A DNA stretch of 64,000 nucleotides from Stegostoma tigrinum (taxonomy: Eukaryota), in contig NC_081373.1 of the NCBI RefSeq assembly GCF_030684315.1, forward strand, positions 40,463,989-40,527,988. The letters run 5' to 3'. The position numbers were made by a program, and so were the translations under genes. This document shows positions 27,017 through 38,046 of the stretch, piece after piece. Within the stretch, counting starts at the first letter, position 1, and each line of letters begins with the position of its first letter. The notes below the pieces were generated by a model. It ran no database searches and was not told the DNA's origin. It saw only the letters and a list, made by a program, of their open reading frames with translations.

Positions 27017-27187
27017 GACGTTTCAGATCGGGACCCTTCATCAGAAATGTAAGATTCTTTCTGAAGAAGGGTCCCGACCCAAAGTATCAGCTTTCCTGCT
27101 CCTCTGATGGTGCCTGGCCTGCTGTGTTCCTCCAGCTCCACACTTTGCTATCTCTGACTCAAGCATCTGCAGTTCTTGCTGTCTCAG
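27017..27187. mobile_element. Older PLE family-1-like inverted fragment
   Basis: Hammerhead-like motif on the minus strand (27017-27044) facing a decayed plus-strand copy (27061-27090) and 3' tail. Confidence 0.75.
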
Positions 27188-28327
27188 ATTTAAATTCAAT
27201 TTGCTTTTTCTATTTAGATGCTCTGTTTAAATTAACTGGCCAAATTCAAACTTATTGTCTGGGAAAAAGTGCTGTTTGGCTGTTCTATACAAAATGTTTC
27301 CATTCGGGCACTCTCTTTGCACCTGCATTTATAAACTTCCAAGCACAGACAAAGCACAAGCTCTAAAAGGGACCATAGCACTCTCTTCCCGCGTGATCAT
27401 TTTTACCAACAAATTCTAACTTCCTGCCCTCCAACTCATGAATACGCTACCCAACTTTGTAACATTGGAAAGAATAGGCTCTAAGCCCATACAAACCCCT
27501 CTTCGCAGTTAGCACGGCAAACATCCATGCCCTTTAACACTGACCGCAGGCTTACTGACAGGTTTCTCAAGTCATTAAGATGTGTACAGCCATCGTCAAT
27601 CAACTGTAGCCTTCCCCAAAGTCCTTAGCTAAGTTCTTTGCAGGGAATTTATATGCATTTTACACCCTCCAATAAATTACCCCTTTTGTCATCCATTTTC
27701 CTGCCTCAGCTCTGACCCATGACCTATTATTCACCGTTTGCAAATCATGCTTTGAGCTTATCCTCAATATCTGAATTGATGGCTGCCATGATGAAGAGCT
27801 GGCATTGTGTACAAACTGGTAGCAGTGGGTGCAAGCGTTACGTGAAGCATCTGAACATTTAGCATGAGTCCTGCTTGGCAGAAATTGCCGGTAGTTGATA
27901 GATAGTGGAGTGGTGTTCTGAGCAGTCTCAGAGGCAAGATGCTCCATTGTTAGCTGTTGAAGATATATGCATTGCTCACGACCTTGACTGTGCAGTCAGT
28001 GTGTCTTGCTGCACTGCAGTCAGGTCTTTGACCCTTTAGACATTGACCTCCACCCAAACACAGCTGCCTTCTGATGATCGATCTGCAAAGTCCCAGGCCC
28101 TCTATTTGACACAGCACTTTTCCATTCTTTTCTACTCTACTCTGTCAAGGTCTCTGGAACAGCTTTCAGAAATAATTTCTTCAAATGCTCAAGAATATGA
28201 CTGCTTTCTAAGACCAATATTTAATCATGACCGGACAGTACGTACTTCCTCTTCAGCCTGTACCTTAGATTCTCGACAAACCCGCCAGTTCTCATTTTTG
28301 ATCCAGCAGTCAACAATGTTATGGTTT

Positions 28328-28540
28328 TACACACACACACGTGCACAAACATAAACACACAAACATGCACATGTGCACAGACACACATACAAACACACAC
28401 ACACAAATACACACATCAGTGCACAAACACACACATCAGTGCACAAACACACACGTGAGCACACAAACACGCATGCACACATACGCATACATGCACAGAC
28501 ATGCATACACACACGCACGCACGCACACACACACACACAC
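28328..28540. repeat. Imperfect (CA)n microsatellite
   Basis: Direct inspection; it generates the low-complexity ORFs in the track. Confidence 0.95.
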
Positions 28541-29664
28541 AATAATAGTGATTCCATGCTATAGAAATTTGACATTTTCTGAGAAACAGCAAAAAACTGA
28601 CAAAGGTTTAACTGTTGCCTCATCTTGCTCTCGATTGTTCCAGTTTATTTTCTATTATTAGCAGCAGTTCAACTTTTATCCACTTAAAAAAAATCAATAG
28701 AACTACAAATCCAAAAATTGGTACTTTGTAGCTAATCAATCTGAACATTACAATCATGCAAATGGAGAAAACATTAATTATGCTAATCGACCATACCTGT
28801 CTCTTCTCTCTTCCCAGCCCAGCTAACACATACACAGTACTGATCCCTGAGCAGAACTTAAAACCTTCCCCTGAGGTTTGGTCGTGGGAGGAGATGCAGT
28901 GAACGGGAGCTTTGTGGCCATCCTGACCCTACCCCAAGTAAATCTCGGCAAGAAGCTCATTTATGGTAATTAATGCTCATTTAGGGTCCACATCCACCAC
29001 CAATGGTGCCGCCAGCAGTGAATAAGAGGCTCAACATGCCAGAAGCCTGAAAAGCAAATCCTTTCAAGATTCCATTTGTGCTTTTCAGGGTCTTGATCAG
29101 AGATCCCCAAGTGCCTGTTTGAGGGTCTCAGCACCAGGAATGGAGTCTGCTGAAGGTTACTCCCTATGTGCTTTAGGCCACTTCCACCTCCCCCATGTGT
29201 ATGACTCCCTCCCTGCCATACCTCCTGGCCTCCATCTGTGGCCAAGGTCCCTCAAAAACCCTGGGTCTCAAGTGAGTTCATTACCAACTGCTCTCCCCAT
29301 GACACTGTCAGTCATTGCAGAGCTTCCAGCCCTAATTGGCTGGCAGGATTTTCTGAGTGGTGGTCCTTCCCCAAATATAAGTGACGCAGTGTTCTCACAG
29401 TATCCTGTCACCACCATTAAATACTGCTCTCCGTCTCCACTTATCATAGGAAGCAGATATTTCAATATCTATTCCCAGCCAAAGGAGGCAACGATACTTC
29501 AGAGAGTGAGAATGGCAGAAAATTTTGAAAGGAAGAAGTGTGCTGAGAGTTAAAATTCCTTAAAAATGTTTCTAAGTTGGAATGTGACACCATCCCACCC
29601 TCTTCTAGTTTCAACATGGGTACATTTACAAGTGAATAGGGAATGTCACGTGAGCTAACCAAAG

Positions 29665-29920
29665 GGGAGGCAATGGCCCAGTGGTATTATTGCTGGACTG
29701 TTAATCCAAAGACCCAGGAAATGTTCTGGCGATTCAAGGTTGAATCCTGCTATTGCAAATGGTTAATTAACAGTGTAATAATGACCATGAATCCATCATC
29801 AATTGTCAGGGAAAAAAAAATCTCATCTGGTTCACTAATATCCTTTAGGGAAGGAAACTGCCATCCTTACTTGGTCTGGCCTACATGTGACTCCAGACCC
29901 ACCGCAATGTGGTTGACTCA
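29665..29920 (+). mobile_element. tRNA-derived SINE (non-HE1 family), 3'-truncated
   Basis: GGAGGCAATGGCCCAGTGGTA head, B-box-like GGTTGAATCC, body CTGGTTCACTAAT.TCCTTTAGGGAAGGAAA.TGCCATCCTTAC.TGGTCTGGCCTACATGTGACTCCAGACCC. Confidence 0.75.
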
Positions 29921-29934
29921 GAATACACAGGAAA

Positions 29935-30470
29935 GGAAGTGAGGTTTGGAAAGGTTGCTTACTAGGCCTTTGACTCGAACGCCATCCTGCGATCTGAGGG
30001 ACTGTGAGGCGATTTTCCTTCAGGTCAGGAAAATGTGGACAGCATCAGGCATGAGCAGATGGATGAGGCTGGGGAGATCTGCAGCAGGGCTTGCTTCCCT
30101 CAGCATGGAGTCAGTGCACCTGGAGGGTCAGGGATTTCAGGAGGGCAGGGAAGGTGAGTGATACATCACGCTCAGTGCCAAGCCCACATCCTTCACTGTT
30201 GCATTCCTCAGAGCAACACGGGTTCCAACAGCACATGTTCTCTTTCCTCGAGGCACATCCTCATATCCCCTACTAAATTTTCACATCCCTCCTGCCTCAT
30301 TGGCATCTTCCATAAATTTTGTCCTTCCCTGCTCTCTGCACAATCATTTACTAATTTCTGTTTATCGCCCTTATGGAAGAAAATGCAGAACCTTAAGCGA
30401 GAGGCAATGAGCTGCAGACGGGGCTGGGGCGGTGTTGGATGGGTGACCCCTCTACTAATGGGAACCTCGC
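29935..30470 (+). mobile_element. Second decayed Myb/SANT-like (Harbinger-type) gene remnant
   Basis: AWSQCTWRVRDFRRAGK followed by a GTGAGT donor (30154-30159); downstream KKMQNLKREAM...GGVGWVTPL resembles the second exon of such genes. Confidence 0.55.
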
Positions 30471-30514
30471 TAAATCTTGCCAATACGTGCCCACCAATAC
30501 CTGTTCTTTAAAAT

Positions 30515-32130
30515 TTATTCATCCTTGTGGGATGTGAGTCTCACTGGCTGGCCAGCATTTATTGCCTGTCCCTAGTAGCCCTTGAGAAGGTGGTGGTGAG
30601 TTGCCTTCTTGAGCCACTGTATCCATCTACTGTAGGTTGACCCATTATGCAATTAGGGAGGAAATTCCAGGATATTGACCCAGCAACTGTGAAGGAATGG
30701 CAATATATTCCCAAGTAAAGATGGTGAGTGGCTTGGAGAGAAACTTGCATATAGTGGTGTTTCCAAGTATTCTAGATGGAAGTGACCATGGATTTGGAAG
30801 GTGCTGTCTGAGGATCTTTGGTGAATTTCTGCAGCGCATCTTGTAGCTAGTACACACTGCTGCTACAGAGAGACAGTGGTAGAGGGAGTGGATGCTGGTG
30901 GACGTAATGCCAATCAAGAGGTTTGCTTTCTCCAGGCATGTGGGGAGTATTCCATCACACTCCTGACTTGTGCCTTATAGATGGTGAACAGGCTTTGGAA
31001 GTCAGGAGGTGAGTTACTCACCACAATATTCTGAGTCTCCGACCTGCTCTTGTAGCCACTGTGTTTATGTGGTAAGTGTCGTTGAGTTTCTGGTTAATGA
31101 TAGCACGCAGGATGTTGTTAGTGGGGGATGCAGCGATGGTAACACCACTGAATATCAAGGGGTGGTGGTTAGAGTGTCTGTTATTGGTGATGATCATAGC
31201 CTGGCATTTGTGTGGTGTGCATATTACTTGCCACTTATTAGCCCTAGCCTGGATATTGTCCAGGTCTTGTTGCATTTGGACATAGACTACTTCAGTATCT
31301 GAAGAGTCTTGAATGTGTAATCATCCATGAAATCTCCATTTTAACCTTATGATGGAGGGAAGGTCATGGATGAAACAGCTGAAGATGGTTGGGCCTAGGA
31401 CACCACACTGAGGAACTCCTGCAAAGATGTCCTGGTGCTGAAATGATTGACATTCAACAACCATGACCATCTCCCTATATGTCAGCAATGACTCTAACCA
31501 CCAAGGAGTTTGTCCCCAATACCCATTGATTCCAGTTTTGCTCGGGCTCCTTGATGCCACACTTGGTTAAATGCAGCCTTGATATCAAGGACTAGCACTT
31601 TCACCTCATCTCTAGAATTCAGCTCTTTTGTCCATGTTTGAACCAAGGCTGTAATGAGGTCAGGAGCTGAGTGGCCCTGGTGGAACACAAGCTGGGCATC
31701 ACTGAGCAGGTTATTGCTGCGCAGGTACTGCTTGATAGTTCTCTTGATGTCACTTTCCATCACTTTACTGATGGTCGACAGTGGACTGATTGGGCAATGA
31801 TTGGCCAGGTTGGATTTGTCCTACTTTTTTTTATGTACAGGAAATACATGAGCAATTTTCCACATCATCGGTTAGATGTCAGTGTTGTCACTGCGCTGGA
31901 AGAGCTTGGGTAGGGGAGAGGCAAGTTCTGGAGCACAAGCCTTCATTACTATTGCTGGAATGTTGTCATTGTCCATAGCCTCTGCAGTATCCAGTGTCTC
32001 CAACCGTTTCTTGATATCACTGGAGTGAATACAATTGGCTGAAGACTGGTATCTGTGATGCTGGGGACCACTGGGGGAGGCCAAGATGGATCATCCACTC
32101 AGCAGCTTCAGCCCTATCTGTTGTTACATG
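30515..32130 (-). mobile_element. CR1-like non-LTR retrotransposon (second lineage), degraded RT and 3' end
   Basis: NNLLSDAQ..FHQGHSAPDLITALVQTW..LDIKAAFNQVWHQG, GVPQCGVLGPTIFSCFIHDLP, MQQDLDNIQ; 3' end GCAATAAATGCTGGCCAGCCAGTGA..CACATCCCA. Confidence 0.88.
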
Positions 32131-32177
32131 AAGCTGCAGGGGGCAGAGGCAACATGCCACGACAACCAGAGCTTTAT

Positions 32178-32531
32178 ATCATACAATCGCTACAGTGTGA
32201 AAGTAGGCCATTTGGCCCATAAAAGCCACACTATCCCCCCAAACAGCATCCCACCAAGACCATACCCCTACCTTATCCCAGTAACCCTGCATTTCCCATG
32301 GCTAATCCACCTGGCCTCCATATCCCTGGAAGCTATAGGGCAAATTAGCATGGTCGCCCACCTAACCTCCATATCTCTGGACTGTGAGAGGAAACAGCAC
32401 CCAGGCAAAACCTACACAGATATGGGGAGAATGTGCAAACTCCACATAGACTGGCACCCAAGGCTGGAAACGAACTATGGTCCCTGACGCTGTGAAGCAG
32501 CGGTGCTAACCACTGAGCCACTGTACCGCCC
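32178..32531 (-). mobile_element. HE1-type V-SINE, full length
   Basis: GGGCGGTACAGTGGCTCAGTGGTTAGCACC head, V-domain, CR1-like tail. Confidence 0.9.
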
Positions 32532-35500
32532 AGCTTTCTGAGGCACTGCAGCTCAGAAATAGCAGAATAAAGAGCTGGTTCTGTGCTTCTCTGCTGGGGC
32601 TTTGCCTCCTTCCAGCTGGAATCCTGTGTTAAAGCCTCCTGTAAGTAAGTTATGAAGAAGACAACTGGTGCTGTTACTGGGTGCTGCTCTAGCTCCTGCC
32701 AGAGAAACAAATTAATAACTGCTCCATGCTGTGGTAAAGGCTGATAGCAGAAAGCTGAAACTGAAGAAATGTGAAGTATAAAGCAATGAACTGACCTCCA
32801 TAATTACCCATTAAGCAGGAAGAGCACAGACTTGAAAAAGTGCTGGGAACTGCACCCTCTCATCTGGGCAGCAATGCAGTTCCTCAGTTTCATGGATTAA
32901 AGGAGACGCAGCTTGTGAGCTTCCCTGATGAAGGACACCGTACACTCATCTGGCCAATTCTGTTGACGTATGAAAGTTCAGGAAGTAGGTGAGTTGACTG
33001 TGAAGGTCAGAATATTGGTAGTTAATGATATTCCTGAGCATTTTAATTATTGTTCGAACAGCCCCAACGGGTTCCCCACTCACTTGTAAATGTATCCAAA
33101 TTGAAAACAGAAGCTGGCGGGCTGGTGTTGCATTCCAATTTAGAGACTTTTTAAGGAATTTAGCTCAACACACATTTCCCCTTTGGCTCAAAAATTTCTG
33201 CCATTCTCAGTTCCCACAATATTGGACATATTGGTTCTGTGCAGCGGTCATTCATGCTCATTTTATCTCCGTCTCTCTCTCTCTGTCACACACGCACACT
33301 CACACTCAAATTATGCCCAAATTTTATTTGCAAACACTATACCTGACAAAAAAAATCAATAAATTGGATAGATAGTAAACGCTTTGAACTAACATCACAG
33401 CAATATTTAAAGACACAATGGAATTGTCTATTTTGTAATTTATCATAAGCTTTGATTTATTAAAAAAACTATTCTGATAAAATTCATGGTTATCAGTTCT
33501 GCACAGTTATTGCTGGACAAATCAAATCCCAGACTGATATCTGGATTGATAAATCTTCTATTTTCTGGTGCTAATGAAGTCGCCTTTCACTGAACGTTGA
33601 ATGTGCAATGCTGCAGATTTGGAACTAACAATTAAACACAAGTTTACTCCTCAAAAGAAATTAAGATAAATTCGAATAAACTAAACTATACATACTTAAC
33701 ATGAGTAACTAGTTTGAAATACATGGCAAACTACGGTCACATGAATCCTCATGGCATTCCTTTAACCTGCTCAAACAGCAGGGCAGAGGCAGAATCCCCA
33801 TTTCTGTCATACTTAGGGATTGACTTAGTGGTGGCTTCAATTACCCAGCCTTAAGAATCTGATAGCATCTTCCTTGAGCCTTCATATAAACAAGTTTAGA
33901 CATTCTCTCGGTGAAAGCCCAGTTCTGAACAGTTTCAAACTATTTCGTTCTCTCAGGAGAAACTGTTTAAATATACAGATTCAGCCATGGCTTCTGCACT
34001 CCTGCTAAACTGTAACCTTGAACTGTTAACTTTGCTGTGCTATGGGTGTTTCTCCTAGCCAAAAACCAGAAATCTCAGGGCTTTTAAACTGAAAGCCCAA
34101 TGCATAAGTGCTTACTTTGTTTGCTCACAAAACTCTCCCAATATAAGCAAATTTCCATTAGCCTCCAAGAACTACTTACAAGTTAATAATTAAACTCCAG
34201 CAAATATAAAAACCAAAACCCACATGTCACTAGCTCAAGTCCAAATACTAAAATAAGTTATATTAAAATATAAATGAATTACACTTCCGCACAAAGAAGA
34301 ATGAAAATGTATCTTTAAGAAGTATTTTCATTATTCATCAGAAGTTATCTCAACACCATTACTATGTCACCATAACAGTGCTTACATGTTGACATTAAAT
34401 ATACAATGAGTTACACAACAATCATATATTATACAAGTCAATGGGCACCACATCACTGCATAGATATGCTCTTGATAGTGTCCCCTATACTTTACATTTC
34501 CAGGCACATGAATAATTGTCAAATTAATTGTTCCATTGAAGAATTAATCACCACTGAAATAATTGCAAGTTGCTTTCCCAAATTTTTCCAAGACAATTAA
34601 AACCTTGTGGAATTTTCCATCTTAATGCTGATAGAAATCTCAAAATGATGGAGAGCTATCACAAGACTTGATACCTTCTTTTTTATTGTGGAATATTTTT
34701 GCTGGTGTCTAGTCAGCTTCTTTGAAAAATAATTGTCAGGCCTTTCAATCCCCATCGTGTTATCTTGCAGTAAGACCAATGTTGCAGGCATCAACAGCCA
34801 GTGTGAACAGGTTTGCATAATTAGGTGCAGCTAAAATCAGTGTGGTTGCCAACACAGCTTTCAAGTTTTCAAAAGCACTCTGATATTACTGCTTCCATTC
34901 AAATTTTATGCCTTTCTTCAACACATTTCTTAGAAGTGTAATCAGTGCTAAAATCCAGAACAAACCTGTGATAAAATTCACTTTTGCTGGCATTGATCAA
35001 AATTTCACATTTTGTCCTACCACAGGAAAATCCAAAATAGCCCTTACTTGTTGTTTTTATTTCAAAAATATGCTTTATTCATGAAGATATCTTTATAAGC
35101 AGATTTAGTCGCTAAAGCAATTAGGTTTTATACAGTAGCATATTGAGAAACAAACATTGTAGCTTGTCTCTATCCAACAAACAAACCAAAGGTATTTCTT
35201 ACTTGTACAAGATTATATTTACATATATTTGAGGCACGTGGAAGGTCCAATAACTGGACAGAGCCCCATTTAATTTTGGCACAATGAGGTTTGATGGTGG
35301 TCTTTCCCCACTGTGCCTTGGAAGCAGATCTCCCAAGCTTTAGTACGTTCCTCAGCATGTAGCCCAAAACCTTGGAATGTGCCAGTCCACAACACTTGGT
35401 TGGGGTCAACTCATTGTTCTGGAAAGCCAACAAGTTTCAGGCAGATCAAAGAGAATCCTTCATTGAGTTGATGGTTCTCCAGGCACAGCTGATGTTTGTC

Positions 35501-36873
35501 TCAGTGTAGGTCCTAGGGAACAGACCGTACAGCCTGGGTCACAGAGCTACTTGGGATGAAACCTACCGCACTTTTCTCCAGACTTCCTTTGCAAAGGCAA
35601 ATTTCATAAGGAGATGTGCGACAGTCTCTATCCCCTACAGCTGCTTTGAGGGCAGTGAGCGGTAGCACACAGAGTCCAGGCATACAAGAATGATCTCACA
35701 GTCAGTGCCCTTCTCACCACCAGCCAAGCGATGTTTTGGGGTTTATTGGAAACTTCAAGTGATGAGGCATTCTGCCAAGTGACTGACAGTTTGCTCAGGA
35801 TACAACCCGGCTGAACCACCTTTTCTCACGGGACCTTGCGGTTGCTACGAGCTGACCACTTCCTGTGGGCTGGTGGCCAATGGTGTTTTTCTTTGCAAAT
35901 TTCTCCATGAAGGACAGGGGATACAGAATTGTCCAAATACTTGGAGCGTTCCCTGGCAACAAAGCCAGTCCCATCCTTCTCAACATCAGGGACAGGTAGA
36001 ACTCAGCACATAGTGACACTTGGTATTTGTATACTGAGGGTCTACACAGAGCTTGATGTAGCTGCACACAAAAATGGCCAAGAGGATGAGGGCAGCATTG
36101 GATAAATTCTTACCCCTTCTATCCAGAGCATTGCACTTGGTATCCCTGTGGACACGGTCCATCTTAGATCTCCAGATGAAGTTGACAACGGCCCGGGTGA
36201 CTGCAGTGGCACAGGCTCTGGAAGTGGGCACTAACAGAGAGTACCTCACACCCGATGACAAGGATTTTACCCACTATGGAGAAAGAGCGGTACTCCCAGA
36301 TCCCAGTTTCTGCCTCATCTTGGTGATACACAATTCCAAAATTTTTGCACACAGCCTGGCCCCTCTGAATCATATTCCCAACACCATCAGGCAATCTATC
36401 CTAATGGTGAAAGCAATACAGGATCAGTCCACCTAGTTCCCAACGAACCTGGCCTTGCTCTTTCCTCCATTTACCTTGGCTCCTGAAGCCAGTTTGAACT
36501 GGTTGCAGATGCTCATGAGTCTGCGCACCAACAGTGGATCCGAGCAGCAAATGGTGATGTCATCCATGTGCAGGAAGGCTCGAACCTGCAGGTCTCTGCT
36601 GCCTGGAGCAGTCACCCCTCTCAGGTTTGTATCCTTCTGATGGACTCAACAAAAGGCCCTATGCGACACACAACCAGGCCAGGAGACAATGGGCAGCCCT
36701 GCCTGACTCTGGATCTGATTGGGAAGCTTCCTGATTCCCACCCAGTGATTGAGACTGCAGTAACAATGTTGGTGCAGAGCAGTCAGATCCAATTGCGGAT
36801 TCCCTCCTCAAAGCCCATATTGGAAAGAATGTCCCTCATGTGGGTGTGTGATATCCTGTCATAAGCCTTTCTG

Positions 36874-37001
36874 AGATAATAGGAACTGCAGATGCTGGAG
36901 GATCCGAGGTAACAAAGTGTGGAGCTAGCTGAACACAGCAGGCCAAGCAGCATCTTTGCTGCTTGGCCTGCTGTGTTCTTCCAGCTCCACATTTTGTTAT
37001 C
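36874..37001. mobile_element. 128-bp palindromic PLE family-1 insertion without the hammerhead, inside the Tx1 RT
   Basis: Inverted arms around GCAGCATCTTTGCTGC plus tail; 15-bp TSD TCATAAGCCTTTCTG (36859-36873 / 37002-37016). Confidence 0.9.
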
Positions 37002-37784
37002 TCATAAGCCTTTCTGGTTCAGGCTCATGAGGCAGGTGTCCACCCCCTTTTCTGCACATAGGCAATCGTATTCCTGAGGAGTGCGGGTCTCTTAGAGATT
37101 GTCCTACCAGGTTGAGCACAGGTTTGTTAAAGGTGAATTACCAATCCCAGAGCAGACAGGACCCAGTTAGTCAGGATTTTATAGTCTGCATTCAGTTGTG
37201 AAATTAGTCGCCAATTTCTAATTTCCTCCCTCTCCCTCTTCTGCATGTAGGTGAGGGTAATGATACCTTGCTTCATGGATTCGCACATGATACCTGCCAG
37301 CAACATCCTGTCATACACTTCCAGCAAGTCCTAGCCAATCAAGTCCCTCAGAGCCAAATACACCTCAGCTGGTAAGCCATCGCTTGTGGGAGATTTACTT
37401 TTTTCTAAGGACCTTAGTTATCTCATTCAGAGATCATGGCTGGTCCAATTTCTCCTGCCTGCTATCATCTAAGACCTCTGTGATAGAGGACAGGAACAAC
37501 TGGGAGGCTGCTCTATCTGTGGGCTACATGTCATACAGTGTGGCATAACAGGAATTGCTGCTCCTCAGAATGTCAGGCCAATGTGGCGTTACCAAGCCAT
37601 CTTCTTCCTTCAGGCTGCTGAGTTCAGAGCCGTCCCTGTGCAATTTTTGGCACGTGTCTTCCTGCTCCAGGGTGCAGATGCTGGACTGGAAGATCATCTT
37701 GGAGGCCTCCAAGGCAAAGAGCAAAGCTTAAGATAACAAAATGTGGGGCTGCTGGCTCTTCACCTCCTGGATGTCCTCCATGAC

Positions 37785-38046
37785 ATTGACACCCTCATCG
37801 TATGCAGCATGGGTAGGTTCTACTGCTTTTCTGGAGTTTGGACAGATTCCCCATCTCTGTCTCACCTACTGAACACCTTTGAGGATAAAGAACGTCTTGA
37901 TGTTTCCCTTGGCTGTTTCCAAGGGAAACATCAAGAGATTCTTTATCCTCAAAGGTGTTCAGTAGGTGAGACAGAGATGGGGAATCTGTCCAAACTCCAG
38001 AAAAGCAGTAGAACCTACCCATGCTGCATACGATGGGGGGGTCAAT
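37785..38046. repeat. Fold-back inverted duplication (128-bp arms, 6-nt loop) within Tx1 ORF2
   Basis: 37785-37912 is the reverse complement of 37919-38046 with ~4 mismatches; the ORF track shows the same peptide on both strands. Confidence 0.95.

Noticed and set aside
28221-28661. Cys/Val- and His/Thr-rich ORFs
   Set aside because: Artefacts of the (CA)n microsatellite.
28790-28835. Minus-strand donor-like CAG|GTATGG preceded by ..LAGLGREKRQ
   Set aside because: Does not match TdT ALLGWTGSR or any other TdT exon.
33455-33500. Minus-strand ..TDNHEFYQ.. as a possible DNTT penultimate exon (LDNH.LYD)
   Set aside because: Flanking residues do not match, no splice sites, and it lies at the end of an LTR.
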